DNA of 63,342 nt, filler included, from Octopus bimaculoides (Eukaryota): the NCBI RefSeq assembly GCF_001194135.2. It is 5 parts of 5 records of this genome, joined end to end, with 100 filler letters (N's around TTAATTAATTAA, not from the genome) between each part and the next. Parts side by side here need not be neighbours in the genome. Positions count along the whole stretch, not along the records: positions 45,625 to 61,696 come from NC_069010.1; positions 61,797 to 63,342 come from NW_026401565.1; 3 more parts are not named here. The stretch is one strand, 5' to 3'. Numbering within the stretch: the first letter of the stretch is position 1; the number at the start of each line of letters is the position of its first letter. This document shows, piece after piece, positions 50,600 through 63,342 of this stretch. Position numbers and translations under genes: made by a program. The notes below the pieces were generated by a model that had not been told where the DNA came from, ran no database searches, and saw only the letters and a list, made by a program, of their open reading frames with translations.

Positions 50600-50930
50600 C
50601 TTGAAACACTGAATGGTGAACATTGGTGTTCTGGATTTGTTGTCTGTGACCTCGTGGGCATTCTGATAATGCATTCCTTGTCTCGCCTATATATAATATT
50701 TCCTTGCAATTTGGGAATTTAATGCAGTAGATCATGTTTCTGCTTTTGCAGTTCATATCTGCATTTGAGAAAATCTGTCCTTTTTTTTTCTTTTTTTTTT
50801 TTGTTCTAATGGATCTACCCATATATAGGTATTGACACGTTTCACATCTGTTATCACTACACTTGGATACTGTGAATGTCTTATCCTGTTTGTTCATGTT
50901 GAATTTTGCCTCAAGCAGACTTTGCCAGAA
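50600..50930 (-). mobile_element. Penelope-like GIY-YIG endonuclease fragment in a PRPF8 intron
   Basis: KCSDNRCETCQYL...MNCKSRNMIYCIKFPNCKEILYIGETRNALSE..RGH: Cys linker plus GIY-YIG motif. Confidence 0.8.
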
Positions 50931-51072
50931 ACCAATATAATAAGTACTAGGCTTACAAAGAATAAGCCCTGGGGTTGATTTGTTCGACAAAAGGTGGTGC
51001 TCCAGCATGGCCACGGTTAAATGACTGAAACAAGTAAAAGAATAACAGAATATATATATATTTATATACCAT

Positions 51073-51672
51073 AGGTGCAGGCGTGGTTGTGTGGTCAGAA
51101 GCTTGATTTCTGATCACATGGTTCCAGGTTCAGTCCCACTACAAGTATCTTCTATGTAACCTTGGGCTGACCAAAGTCTTATGAGTGGATTTGGTTGTGT
51201 GTGTTTGTATATATCTTGCGAAGACCTGTTGAGGCAAGTGAAATCGAAATCGAGTTAAATTCGACGACTGGCACCCATGCCAACATCGTCTCCTTCATTG
51301 GACATGAAACTCATCTTGCGAAGACTTATTGGGGCAAGCGAAAGCGAAATTGTGATGGCACCTGTGCCCAGCATCGCCTTTCTGGCACTTGTGCCCGTGG
51401 CATGTCTAAGGACTTTCGAGCGAGATCGTTGCCAGTGCCCCTGGACTGTCTCTTATGTGGATGGCACATAAAATACACCATTTTGAGCGTGGCAGTTGCC
51501 AGTACCGCCTGACTGGCCTTCGTGCCGGTGGCACGTAAAAGCACCCTCTACACTCTTTGAGTGGTTGGCGTTAGGAAGGGCATCCAGCTGTAGAAACTCT
51601 GCCTAATCAGATTGGAGCCTGGTGTAGCCATCTGGTTTCACCAGTCCTCAGTCAAATCGTCCAACCCATGCT
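51073..51672 (+). mobile_element. Composite SINE: family B head, internal modules, RTE-type tail
   Basis: tRNA-like head; gagcgagatcgttgccagtg / gagcgtggcagttgccagtacc modules; ggttggcgttaggaagggcatccagctgtagaaac...ccatgctagcatgg tail. Similar pieces at 33258-33496, 43450-43750, 46440-46660, 46850-47120, 27901-27996 and 58180-58360. Confidence 0.8.
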
Positions 51673-51787
51673 AGCATGGGTTGGACGATTTGACTGAGGA
51701 CTGGTGAAACCAGATGGCTACACCAGGCTCCAATCTGATTAGGCAGAGTTTCTACAGCTGGATGCCCTTCCTAACGCCAACCACTCA
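51558..51787. repeat. 230-bp spacerless perfect palindrome abutting a gap (probable assembly fold-back)
   Basis: 115-bp arms centred on the natural SINE palindrome ccatgct|agcatgg; ends at the N gap at 51788. Confidence 0.85.
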
Positions 51788-52024
51788 NNNNNNNNNNNNN
51801 NNNNNNNNNNNNNNNNNNNNNNNNNNCCGACTAACTGTTCTTCAGGGTGGTGCCCCAGCATGGTCGTGATCTAATGACTAAAACAAAAGATAAGAGCTAT
51901 ATGTGTGTGTGTGTGTACCTTTGTTTTGGCATCATTATAATGGTTGTATGTGAGCAACATCGTCATACAAGTGATGCTGACCATTTCTAGTCCTTTCTTC
52001 TGGGAGCACAAAGTGTCAAATTTG

Positions 52025-52420
52025 GGGAAAAGGATCATGTTGATTACATCGACCCCCCACCGTTCAACTGGTACTAATTTTATTGACCCCAAAGGGATGA
52101 AAGGCAAAGTCAACCTTGGCAAAATTTGAACTCGGAATGTAAAGACAGACAAAATACTGTTAAGCATTTCGCCTGGTGTGCTAACGTTTCTGCCAGCTCA
52201 CCACCTTTGAAAATTCTTTTCTACTCTAGGCACAAGGCCTGAAATTTTGGGGGAGAGGTCAATCGATTAGATCAACCCCAGTACACGACTGATACTTAAT
52301 TTATCGACCCCAAAGGGATGAAAGGCAAAGTCGACCTTGGTGGAATTTGAACTCAGAACGTAAAGACAGATGAAATATCGCTAAGCATTTTGCCTAGCAT
52401 GCTAACATTTCTGCTAGCTT
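52025..52420 (-). mobile_element. Two tandem copies of a tRNA-derived SINE (family D)
   Basis: Each has ...gagttcaaatt...gactttgcctttcatccctttggggtc(g/a)ataaa...gtaccagt (Nin/Deu-like central domain as recalled). Other copies at 31419-31620, 57310-57420, 57450-57580, and degenerate at 11870-12020 and 12100-12260. Confidence 0.75.
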
Positions 52421-52664
52421 TGACCATTTTTAGTCTTCTATGGAAAATCTGTCTGGCCAGGGGGAAACATTACCTTACTTGGAAACAAGTGAGAGTTGGC
52501 AACAGGAAGAGCATCAGGCTGTAAAAAATAGTGCCTCAACAAATTCTACCTGACTCGTGAAAGCATGGTAAAGTGGACATTAAAGATGATAGACAGCTGA
52601 TTTTTATATTTCCTTATTGTCTTTCTTTTCTGTTTTTTAATTGAATTTAATTTGTTCGTTTTAG

Positions 52665-52855
52665 GGTACTGAACCTTTGCCAGACGATGACGAAGATTTT
52701 GAACTTCCTGACTACGTGCAAGCCTTCATGCAGGAAACCCCCCTCTACACTGACAACACAGCTAATGGCATCTCCTTGCTTTGGGCCCCAAGACCGTTCA
52801 ATTTGCGCTCTGGTAAAACCCGTAGAGCCATTGATGTTCCCTTGGTAAAATCATG
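52665..52855 (+). CDS. PRPF8: PRPF8 coding exon 3 of 7 in window (191 nt)
   Basis: ttttag acceptor; [64 protein letters not shown]; donor tg|gtgagt. Confidence 0.97.
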
Positions 52856-53076
52856 GTGAGTCTGCCATATGTTGTGATGTTGTTTAGCCTCGGGTCAGTC
52901 CTGGTCTAGTGTGGAAGCACAATGGCCCAGTGGTTAGGGCAGCGGACTCGCAGTCATAGGGTCGCGGTTTCGATTCCCAGACTGGGCGTTGTGAGTGTTT
53001 ATTGAGCGGAAACAAATGACTGAAACAAGTAAAAGAGGAAAGAGTGTACCTGTTGTTATTGCTGTTCAGCTATTAG

Positions 53077-53226
<150 letters not shown>

Positions 53227-53620
53227 TAGGTTTGGCCTGGTTTTTCTGTCGGTTACTACTCTCAGTGGAATTCTGTTTTAAGCGCCCCCTTATAACTTTT
53301 TTATCTCTTGGAATTTTCAGAAAATTTATGTGAATTTGTGTTCTACACATGGGAATTTATATGATTAAGCAAAAACTAATCAGAAAAAAAGTCTTTTTAA
53401 GGGCTATCTAGCTGTTATTTTTAGCACATCTCACGACCACCTGACACCTTCCTCATTTCTTTCACTCTGATGTATTGATGTTTTTCAATAATCTTTCTCA
53501 CTATAAACACATTTAATGGTCTATTGCTGGGATTTAAACTCCATATTTTAAACTCTGATTAAAAAACAAAATTCGAAGAAATGAAAATAAAAAGTTATTT
53601 TTAAAAATTCAAAAAATTCA

Positions 53621-53775
53621 TGGCTGTGTGGTAAGAAGCTTGCTTTCTAACCACATGGTTCCGAGATCAGTCCCACTGTGTAGCTTCTTGGGCAAGTGTC
53701 TTCAACTGTAGCCTTGAGCCAACCAAAGCATTGTGAGTGGATTTGGTAGACGGAAAATGAAAGAGACCCATCATG

Positions 53776-53812
<37 letters not shown>

Positions 53813-54020
53813 GTGTTTGTCACCACCATCACCATCATTTGACAACTGATGTTGGTGTGTTTAAGTCCCCATAAATAACGTAGCAGTTTGGCAAAAGAGC
53901 CCGATAGAATCGGCACTAGGCTTACAAAGAATAAGTCTTAGAGTCGATTTCTTCATTTAAAACCTTTTAAGGTGGTGCTCCAGCATGGCCACAGTCAAAT
54001 GACTGAAACAAATAAAAGAA
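53621..54020 (+). mobile_element. SINE family B copy
   Basis: Same head, microsatellite and tail as 29263-29694. Confidence 0.8.
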
Positions 54021-54425
54021 TATCTGTATGTGTGTGCATACCTTTGTGTTTGTACTTTTCCCTCACCACTGCTTGATAACCAATGTTGGTTTGTTTACAT
54101 CCCCATAACTTAGCGGTTTGGTTAAAAAGAATGGTAGAATAAATACTAGGCTTTAAAAAAATATATAAACCCTGGGTTCGATTTGTCTGACTAAAAACCC
54201 TTCAACGTATTGCTCCAGCATGGCTGCAGTCAAATGATTCAAACAAGCTAGAGATAAAATATATAGTCATATGAATTCCTATGTGTAGAACTCAGATATG
54301 CAAATGTTTTCTGGAAATACCAAAAAATGTAAAAGCTATGAGGGGTTATATGGTGTGCTTAAAGCAGAATTCTTCCCTACTCTGTATTATGTGTGTGTAT
54401 GGGTCTCATCTTTATCATAGTTTAA

Positions 54426-54646
54426 CCCTTTTGTTACCAACCCGGCTGAAACCGGCTCTGGCTCTGAGTACTATTGTCTTGTTTTCATAAGTTTTGAATT
54501 AAAATCTTCCACTAAACCTTAGTCGCAATTTATGTTCCTAACACTAGCTGAATACTAACAAAGTTATTTTACTAAATTCTTTGTTATATTTAGAATTAAG
54601 TGAAAGACACACAGAGCATCTCAACAGAAATATGGTAATAAAAGGG
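54426..54646. mobile_element. piggyBac-like MITE (221 bp)
   Basis: TTAA on both sides (54422-54425, 54647-54650); TIRs cccttttgttacca / tggtaataaaaggg. Confidence 0.85.
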
Positions 54647-54670
54647 TTAAAGTCACCATGATGTTTTTAA

Positions 54671-54780
54671 CCCTTTTGTTACCAACCCGGCTGAAACCGG
54701 CTCTGGCTCTGTAGTACGAATGTCTTGTTTTCAAAAGTTTTGAATTAAAATCTTCCACCAAACCTTCGTCACAATTTATG
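54671..54780. mobile_element. Truncated second copy of the same piggyBac-like MITE
   Basis: ttaa + cccttttgttaccaacccggctgaaaccggctctggctct..., near-identical to 54426-54535, breaking at aatttatg. Confidence 0.85.
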
Positions 54781-54924
54781 ACATCGTTCGTACATTTGTA
54801 CTGGCTTTAGCTTTAGGGTTTTAGGGTTAGGGTTCGGGTTTTAGAGTTTGGGTTAGGGTTATGAGTAAAATACCTATAACCCTAAAACTAAAACCAGTAC
54901 AAACGCACGAACAATGTCATAAAT
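54774..54924. repeat. 151-bp fold-back element with telomere-like (TTAGGG-variant) core
   Basis: 47-bp inverted arms (54774-54820 / 54878-54924, about 5 mismatches) enclosing ttagggtt variants. Confidence 0.8.
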
Positions 54925-55632
54925 AACAGTACCACCGATAGTTGTTGTTGACAAACAACGGCACTAATTTTATTCAAGGGAAAAGATCCCATTACACCGC
55001 TAGAACCTGTTGTTTACATTTCACAGCAGTAATTGTTTTCACCTCAATAGACATCAGTGGTTGGTTGAAATTACCGAAATACGACAACTTTTAACATGAA
55101 ATAACTTCGAATATAAAATTTTTTTCTCTGTTCTATAAGACAAAATATACAAGTATACGAAGTTTGAAAGTGTTTCGGTAGAAAACACACTAAATAAAAC
55201 ATAAATAAAGAATGGCGTCTGCCAAATCAGAAAGATCAGCATTTTCTTTTATTATGGTACCGGCATAGGTGCTTTTGACATGGCTCCAGCACCAGTGCTT
55301 TTTGATGTGGCACCAGCATGGGTGCTTCTTACATGACATCAGCACAGTTACTCATTACCCGGAACCGGCAGTATGTATACATATCTGCACCAGTAGTATG
55401 TAAGAAGCAACCAGCACACTCTGTCAAGTGCTTGGCACTAGGAAGAGCATCCAGCCAAAGAAACTATACCTTAACAGATAGGTGGAGTCTGGACAGCTCC
55501 CTGCTAGCCAGTTCCGTGTCAGCATGGAAAGCAGACATTAAATGATGATGATTTGTGTGTGTATACATATGGCCATGTGGTTAAAAATGTTCATCATACT
55601 CTTTCTATTGTGGCTGTATACATTATATATGT

Positions 55633-56362
<730 letters not shown>

Positions 56363-56365
56363 TGA

Positions 56366-56765
56366 AAGTGAGTGAGTGGGAAAGGGAGCTGAAGAAGAGA
56401 GGGGAACTGGGGCTGAGTAGGATGGGGAAATAGGGGGGATGAGTGAGATGGGGAGAATAGTAGCTAAGTGAGAAAGGAGTAGGGGCCGAGTGAGTTAGGA
56501 ATAGTGGGCTGTGTGAGATGGGGGAACATGAACTGACTGCAACAAAAGAAGTGGGGATGCTAGGTGAGACAGGAGAATTGGGAGAAATGAGTGAGATTGG
56601 GAAATAGAGGCTGAGCAAGACGAGGGAATATGGGACAAATGAGACAAAGTAAAGAGGCTGAGTGAGTTAGGAATAGGGAGTCAGGTGAGATGGAGGAATG
56701 TGGGTTGAGTAAAATGGGGGGATAGGGGCTGAGTACCAAGGAAGCAGTGGGGTTCTAGGTGAGAC
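56366..56765 (+). repeat. Degenerate purine/G-rich minisatellite (about 21-nt unit like ggctgagtgagatgggggaata)
   Basis: Repeated tgagtgag(a/t)t(g/a)gg...aatag units directly after PRPF8 exon 5. Confidence 0.7.
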
Positions 56766-57800
56766 ATCAAAGTGCATGCCATCAAAGCCCAGTTTACCCA
56801 TCATGACTACTCGTCTGATAAGGGTACACCAGGTCCATGCATCATAACCATATGTGCGCAACATGGTGATCTCATATCAAAATAAACAGCGCATGACCTC
56901 GCAGGTGGGGCCCAGTTAGAATTTTCTTCAGGTCGAGTAGCCCACACCGCTCAAAAGGTCCCTAAATAAGGTTTGTTGAAGGATGCTGAGCAAAACACCC
57001 ATGTTTCCAAAGGTGAATTATTCAAACCCCAAAAAATTCCTCTCAACACATGGCTATGATGCTCCCCCACTACTTCTGCTCATGATCAGGGATGCACATA
57101 TCGTCAGCCACCAAGAGACATGCTCAACTGGTTGAGGTCAAACAACTGACAAGCAAATCTGTGGTATCGAGCAGAATATTTGCTGTAGCCCATCTTTTAT
57201 ACCAAGACGAAACAATGTACATGTCAATTAAGATCAGAAGCCATTAGAAAGCCATTGCCTGGTACTGCATCATCATCATCATTATTATTATTATTATTCT
57301 TTTTCTTCTTTGCCTTTCATCCTTTCGGGGTCGATAAATTAAGTACCATTTGAGTACTGAGGTCAATGTGATTGACCGTCCCCCTCCCCACAAAATCCAG
57401 GCCTTGTGCCTATAGTAGAGAGGATTAATCTTATTATTATTATGGGAATTCCGCCAAGGGTGACTTTGCCTTTCATCCTTTCAGGATCAATAAAATAAGT
57501 ACCAGTTATGCACTGGGTTGATGTAATCGACTAGTCCCCTCCCCCAAAATTTCAGGCCTTGTGCCTATAGTAGCAAGGATTATTATTATTGTTATTATTA
57601 TCATTATTATTATTATTATTAGGGGTTGTGGACTCCAGAATCGTTAGTGTTAGTCAAAATGACTTGTGGTATTTGTTCTGGCTTTTTTTTTATGTTCCAT
57701 GTTCAACTCCTACCATGGTCAACTTTGCATTTTACCATTTGGGGATTGATGGTTTGATATTGTGCTGTTATTCATTTTTTTTTTATTCCTGCTTTACTAA

Positions 57801-57989
<189 letters not shown>

Positions 57990-59150
57990 TAGTGGAAAGG
58001 GGTTCAGTTCCCAATCACATAGTTTCAAGTTCAGTTTGCCTACAGTACAGCACTTTGGGCAAGTGTTTTCTATAGTTTTGGGCTGACAATAGCTTTGTGA
58101 GTGGATTTGGTAGATGGAAACTGAAAGAAAATCATTGTGCATTTGTGTGTGTGCATTATTTTATCAATTATCACCTGTTTTCCATGCTGGTAGGAGTTGG
58201 ATGGTTGGACAGGAGCCAGCAGGAGTTGGATGGTTGGACAGGAGCTGGAAAGCCAGAAGACTGCACCAGTCTTCACTATCTGTTTTGGCATGGATTTTAC
58301 AGCTGGATGCCCTTCCTGACGCCAACCACTTTACAGAGTGGACTAGATGCTTTTTACAGTGTGTGTGTGTGTGTGTGTGTGTGCATCTTTGTGTTTGTTC
58401 GTATCTCCAGTTGAGAGCGCATGGCCTACTGGTTATGGTATTTCACTCATGATCGCAAGGTTGTGGTTTCAATTCCTGAACTGGGTGGTGCGTCGTGTTC
58501 TCAAGCAAAACACTTCATCTTGCGTTGCTCTGCAACACTTGACAGGTGATACACCATGCACCTGACCAGGCAACGTCGATTTGATGGAATTAGAATATTT
58601 GGGCCAGACATTGTTGGTTTCAATGGCTTGATTGCTAGAAACAAAACATTCATGCAGAATGTTCAGCAAGAAATTGCTGAATCATTTTCTTGGACTACAA
58701 GAGACTACCTATTATATCTTGAATTGCTTGTACAGTGGCAGGCAGTGTTATCAGTTTCTCTTGTCAACATATTGGCTGATCACTTCATGCTTTTGATGCT
58801 CTGTGGAATAAGAGATCCCTTACTCAAACAGAGAGAAGGGTTAGTGTCAGGAAAAGCATTCTGGTGCAAAACACTGCCTCAAATAATATTTTTCCAACTC
58901 ATGCAAGCATTGCAAAACAGATGTAAAACAACAAAGCTTAACTCTTTAGCAGTGAAGCCGACCATGTCTGGCTCAAATGCTCTATTGGTTTTATGTTCAA
59001 ACTAGCCAGATCCGGCCCCTTACAATAACCCCACAATTGTTAAATTAGTGTTAGGTTGAGTCCTTATCTAGCAGAACTGTGATTAACTCTTTAATGTTTA
59101 AACTGGTCATGCTCACCCCAAATATTTCAACTGTTTTATGTTAAAACTAG

Positions 59151-59386
59151 CCAGATCTAGCCTCTTGCACCTACCCTACAATGTCATTCTAAAAATAAAC
59201 AATCACGTCATTGAAATCTCAAAGCTGTGAGATAATGCATGATTAATTCAAAACAAGGCCAGATCCAGCCTCTCACACCTACCCTACAATGTCATTCTAA
59301 AAATAAACAATCACATCATTGGAATCTCAAAGCCTTGAGATAATGCATGATGAATTAAAAACAAGGCTAGATCCAACCTCTCACAC
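59151..59386. repeat. 108-bp tandem repeat, about 2.2 units
   Basis: Units start ccagatctagcc (59151), ccagatccagcc (59259) and ctagatccaacc (59367). Confidence 0.85.
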
Positions 59387-59419
59387 TTGCCTTAGTACTG
59401 TGCTGAGTATAGCTTTAAG

Positions 59420-59995
59420 CTACATCTGATAGTAGGGTCATGGTTTGGGCATCCTAGGGTTTTTACACTGCTTGGCCCCTATTGTTCCCGCGTCTACCCT
59501 GACGCAGAGTAGTAGAACCTGCCAGGGTCCCAGTTATGGGTTAATTAGCATGTCACAGAACTGGCAGTTCCTTGGCTGATGAAACCCTCCAGCTCTTTCA
59601 GTTCCTTATCTAAGAGATATCCATAGCTATCCAGCATCCTGATAACTAGCATCCTGGGACCATAGGCATTCAGGTGGCTCCAAAATAGGTCCTGGACAGT
59701 GTCCACATCTTGCAACTGTAGAGCAAGACAGGGAGGACCAGAAACTTGATGACCTGATCCTTTGTCCTCCTGATCAGATATCCTGTTTGTAAATCCAACC
59801 AATAGTAAAGCATTGCAGGACCATAGGGATTCAGGTGGCTCTTAAGGCCCCAGATAGTGTCCAAGTCTCATAGCTGTAGAGCAAGATGGAAAGGACCAGA
59901 AACCTTTAGACCTGAACCTTTGTCCTCCTCTTTCACATATCAGCAGTACCAAACACCCTTTGTCCAGTGAGTCCACAACTAATATTAATTTGAAG
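59420..59995 (-). mobile_element. Degenerate RTE-clade LINE fragment with internal 158-bp tandem duplication
   Basis: Two successive copies of RRTK.QV..FLVL..LLYS..(T/M)WTLS; the anchor ctgtagagcaaga occurs at 59716 and 59874. Confidence 0.75.
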
Positions 59996-60466
59996 GTCAA
60001 GAGAGTGAGATTGACCATGCACAAACCATGCCCACTATAATAATATTTGGTGAAGTTCTGCTTTAAGCTCACTATATAACCCCTTGTAACCTTTTTTTAT
60101 TATTTGAATTTTAAAAAAAAGTTTAAAATACGGAAAGGCCAAATTTTTTGCTTACATCTCAGCAATAGACTATTAAATGTGTTTATGGTGAGAATGATAT
60201 TGAAAAACATCAATACATCAGAGTGACAAAGAAACGAGGAGAGTAACAGGTTGTCTTGAGATGTGCTAAAAATAACAGCTAAATAGTCCTTCAGTCACAC
60301 AAAAATACATTTTTTTTTTGTTTTTACAAAATCATGAACTCCCATGTGTAGAAAATTTTTTTTACACTGTGTAATCAAAAGGTCTATAATAAATCTATGA
60401 GTATAAATCAATATATGAGTCAGATAATGCATATAAAAACCAATATTTTCTGTCATTCTATTCCAG

Positions 60467-60601
60467 TTAGCCGATGGATTACAATACATCTTTGCCCACG
60501 TTGGTCAACTAACAGGTATGTACCGGTACAAATACAAACTGATGCGACAGATTCGAATGTGCAAGGATTTGAAACATCTCATCTACTACAGATTCAACAC
60601 A
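60467..60601 (+). CDS. PRPF8: PRPF8 coding exon 7 of 7 in window (135 nt)
   Basis: ttccag acceptor; [45 protein letters not shown]; donor aca|gtaagt. The next expected exon (GPVGKGPG...) was not found before the 61697 spacer. Confidence 0.97.
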
Positions 60602-61696
60602 GTAAGTCATTTCTACAGACATACTATAGGTAATTTCTACATTCACGCATGTATACATATGTACATGCATACACTGGCTTATAGGCAGTGAATGTATGTA
60701 CAAGGCCTTCCTAGATAGTGCACCCGCAAACAAAACTCAGAGTTGCGAGAGACTGGCTCAGCTAACTTTTAATTTATACTGTGGTATCAAATACTTTGAT
60801 ATATATATATATATGTTATAAATTAACTACCAACAAAAATAATTAGTAAGCTAACTCAAAAAATCATCACCAAAATAGCAGGAAAACGACTGTGAAGTTA
60901 TGTAGACTCCTCAAGAGTCGATCCTTTTGGTTATAATAATAAGAAAGAGTTACGACGCAAAAACGTATATAATTAAATGAACATATTTATCTTCAATATA
61001 TATTTCTGTACAAAGAAAAGATTCATTAAGAGACTTAATAAATCAAAATTCCTTTACACATCTTCAGGAAAAACAAATATAACACCAGAAAAAACACGCT
61101 TGGGTTAAAGATACAATCCGTTCATGGCGAAAACCTCACAATTACTAAAATAACGAAAAATTTTCAAAAAAAACGCTACTTATCATAAAACATTATTAAA
61201 AAATTATAAAAATATATACATATACACATATAAGTATATACATATACATACACATACATAAATACACACACATACAATATATACATACACACCAGTATAC
61301 AAACATATATATATATATGTCTTACCATTACTATTAATATATCTATCTATATATATATATATATATTGTGTTATGTGTATTTATTTTCTCTTAGTTAATA
61401 ATTAACTCGGACAAAATAAATTGGTTAATAGATACCAGGGTAGCAAAGATCACAAAATGACTGTGGTGAAACTCCTGTTTATGAGGTAGAGACTCCTTGT
61501 TATTTTGGGTACTTGAGTATATATAAATTTAGTGAATGGAGTAAAATGCATATGTTAACTGAATACTTTTATTTGCAACATATGTTTCAAAGATTACAAA
61601 TTATACCTTCCATAGAAATCGGTGATGTTGATAAGAATGTAATCTTCTCTTCAGGGAAATGCATGGGAACCAGCTTAAACGTAAGACATTTTAACC

Positions 61697-61796
61697 NNNN
61701 NNNNNNNNNNNNNNNNNNNNNNNNNNNNNNNNNNNNNNNNTTAATTAATTAANNNNNNNNNNNNNNNNNNNNNNNNNNNNNNNNNNNNNNNNNNNN
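61697..61796. other. Artificial assembly spacer
   Basis: 44 N + TTAATTAATTAA (61741-61752) + 44 N. Confidence 0.95.
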
Positions 61797-61990
61797 CAGG
61801 AACATTGTGCACTCTAGGACTAACTTATATTTTGCATTTGTGGCTCATTTGGTGCCTAATGAGCCCTGATCTTCACAAGCATACACGACTGCCAACATTG
61901 CCGACCAAGCTTTCGCCATTCACTACACAAGCAGTGTGCTTTCAAGCAGCACAATTAAGTTCTTCATGCTGAATACGTGCTATATATATA

Positions 61991-63238
61991 TTGGGTTGTC
62001 CAGAAAGTTCGTGCCAATTTATAGTAGCTTACCTTTTGACTTATTTTAGAACATGGTTGAGTTCATAAAATAGGACTCCATTTAAGCTATCTTTTCGTGG
62101 AAGAAGGTTTATGTTCCTATAACCTGTGTTAATTCTGTAACCCTTTAAAATGGAAGATAAGAAAATTCATTTTTGGCACTTGATGCTTTTCTTTTTCTGT
62201 AAAGGGAAAAATGCCGCACAAGCAACCAAAGAAATATGTGCAGTTTACGGTGATGTTTCTTTATCTGAAAGAACTGTATGGAAGTGGTTCGAAAGGTTCT
62301 GAGCTGGAAATTGTAGCCTTACTGATAAAGAGCGATCAGGCAGACCATCCACTACAGATGATGACCAAATCAAGTCATTAATTGAGAATAACCCACATTG
62401 CACAATCCGACAATTGGCAGAAAGCCTCAACCTATCAAAATCCGTCATTCATGAGCACCTGGTAAAGCTTCGCTACTATGTTTGGGTACGACATAAGTTG
62501 AGTGAGAAGAACCTTTTGGATCGCATTTCCATCTGTGATTCGTTTTATAAAAGGAATAAAAACGCATCTTTTTTAAAGCAAATTGTGACAGGTGATGAGA
62601 AACGCATTATCTACCGAAATGTTTAGAGAAAGCGATCCTGGAGTAAGCGACATGAGCCACCCTTAGTCACCCCAAAAGCGGGTCTTCACCCTAAAAAGTC
62701 TTGCTTTGTCTCTGGTGGGATTGGAAAGGAATTCTGTTCTATGAGCTTCTCCCAAGTAACCAGACAATTAATTCTGAGAAATACAGCACACAACTGGACA
62801 AGTTACAAGCAGCGATTGAAGAGAAACGTCCAGAATTGGCCAACAGGAAGGGTGTTGTTTTCCAACATGGTAATGCAAGACCGCACGTTTCTTTGGGAAT
62901 CAGACAAAAATTGCTGCAGCTCAGCTGGGATGTGTTACCCCACCCTCCATATTCACCAGATATTGCTCCTTTGGATTTTCACTTATTCAGGTCTCTGCAG
63001 AATAGTCTTAATGGTAAAAATTTCAATTCCTTGGATGATGTATAAAAACGCCTTGATGAATCCTTTGCCATGAAACCACCTCAGTTCTGGGAAGAGGGTA
63101 TTTTCAAGTTAAAGGAAAGATGGAGACACATTGTGCAACAAAATAGTTCATATCTGGTTGATTAAAAATGTAATGGCAAGTATTTATTGACCTTTTTCTT
63201 TCTTTTAAAAATCGGCACAAACTTTCCGGACAACCCAA
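61991..63238 (+). mobile_element. Mariner DNA transposon, near full length, defective (mellifera-subfamily-like)
   Basis: About 30-bp TIRs (ttgggttgtccagaaagttcgtgccaattt / aaatcggcacaaactttccggacaacccaa; 3 mismatches), TA on both sides, 1248 bp, transposase inside. Confidence 0.95.
62150..63165 (+). pseudogene. Mariner DD34D transposase pseudogene
   Basis: MEDKKIHFWHLMLFFFCKGKNAAQA...RSGRP...WVRHKL...IVTGDEK...WWDWKGILFYELLP...HGNARPH...HPPYSPDIAPLDFHLFRSLQNSLNGKNF. Contains in-frame stops, a frameshift near 62475, and the second catalytic Asp changed (HDN to HGN). Confidence 0.93.
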
Positions 63239-63342
63239 TACATACGTATATATATACATATACAAGGATTTACTTTTCGTAAGAAGATAAAAAAAAACCA
63301 AGGCTGTGTATATTTTAGAACATGTTCTAAAATATACACAGC

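Overview
AT-rich, microsatellite-dense animal DNA. The SINE families and mobile-element content suggest an octopus-like cephalopod, which is an inference. The window is not one contiguous locus: four identical 100-bp spacers (44 N + TTAATTAATTAA + 44 N) join five assembly pieces (1-17808, 17909-35758, 35859-45524, 45625-61696, 61797-63342). The only recognisable host gene is a seven-exon internal part of PRPF8/Prp8 (+ strand, 46120-60601, about 329 codons, all GT-AG introns). Its 5' and 3' exons are not in the window. Piece 3 is a nest of retroelements: an R4/Dong-like LINE split by a MITE with an 8-bp TSD and internal (TTAGGG)n; a 546-bp perfect palindrome; a Naiad-like Penelope-like element (PLE) split by a second PLE (RT + GIY-YIG) whose inverted terminal repeats each carry a hammerhead-ribozyme motif; an RTE 3' end; and a Helitron terminus. 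A further hammerhead motif lies inside a deleted mariner at 26.5 kb. The window ends with a near-full-length defective mellifera-type mariner. Most ORFs in the supplied track are artefacts of microsatellites or N gaps. All alignments and folds were done by eye.
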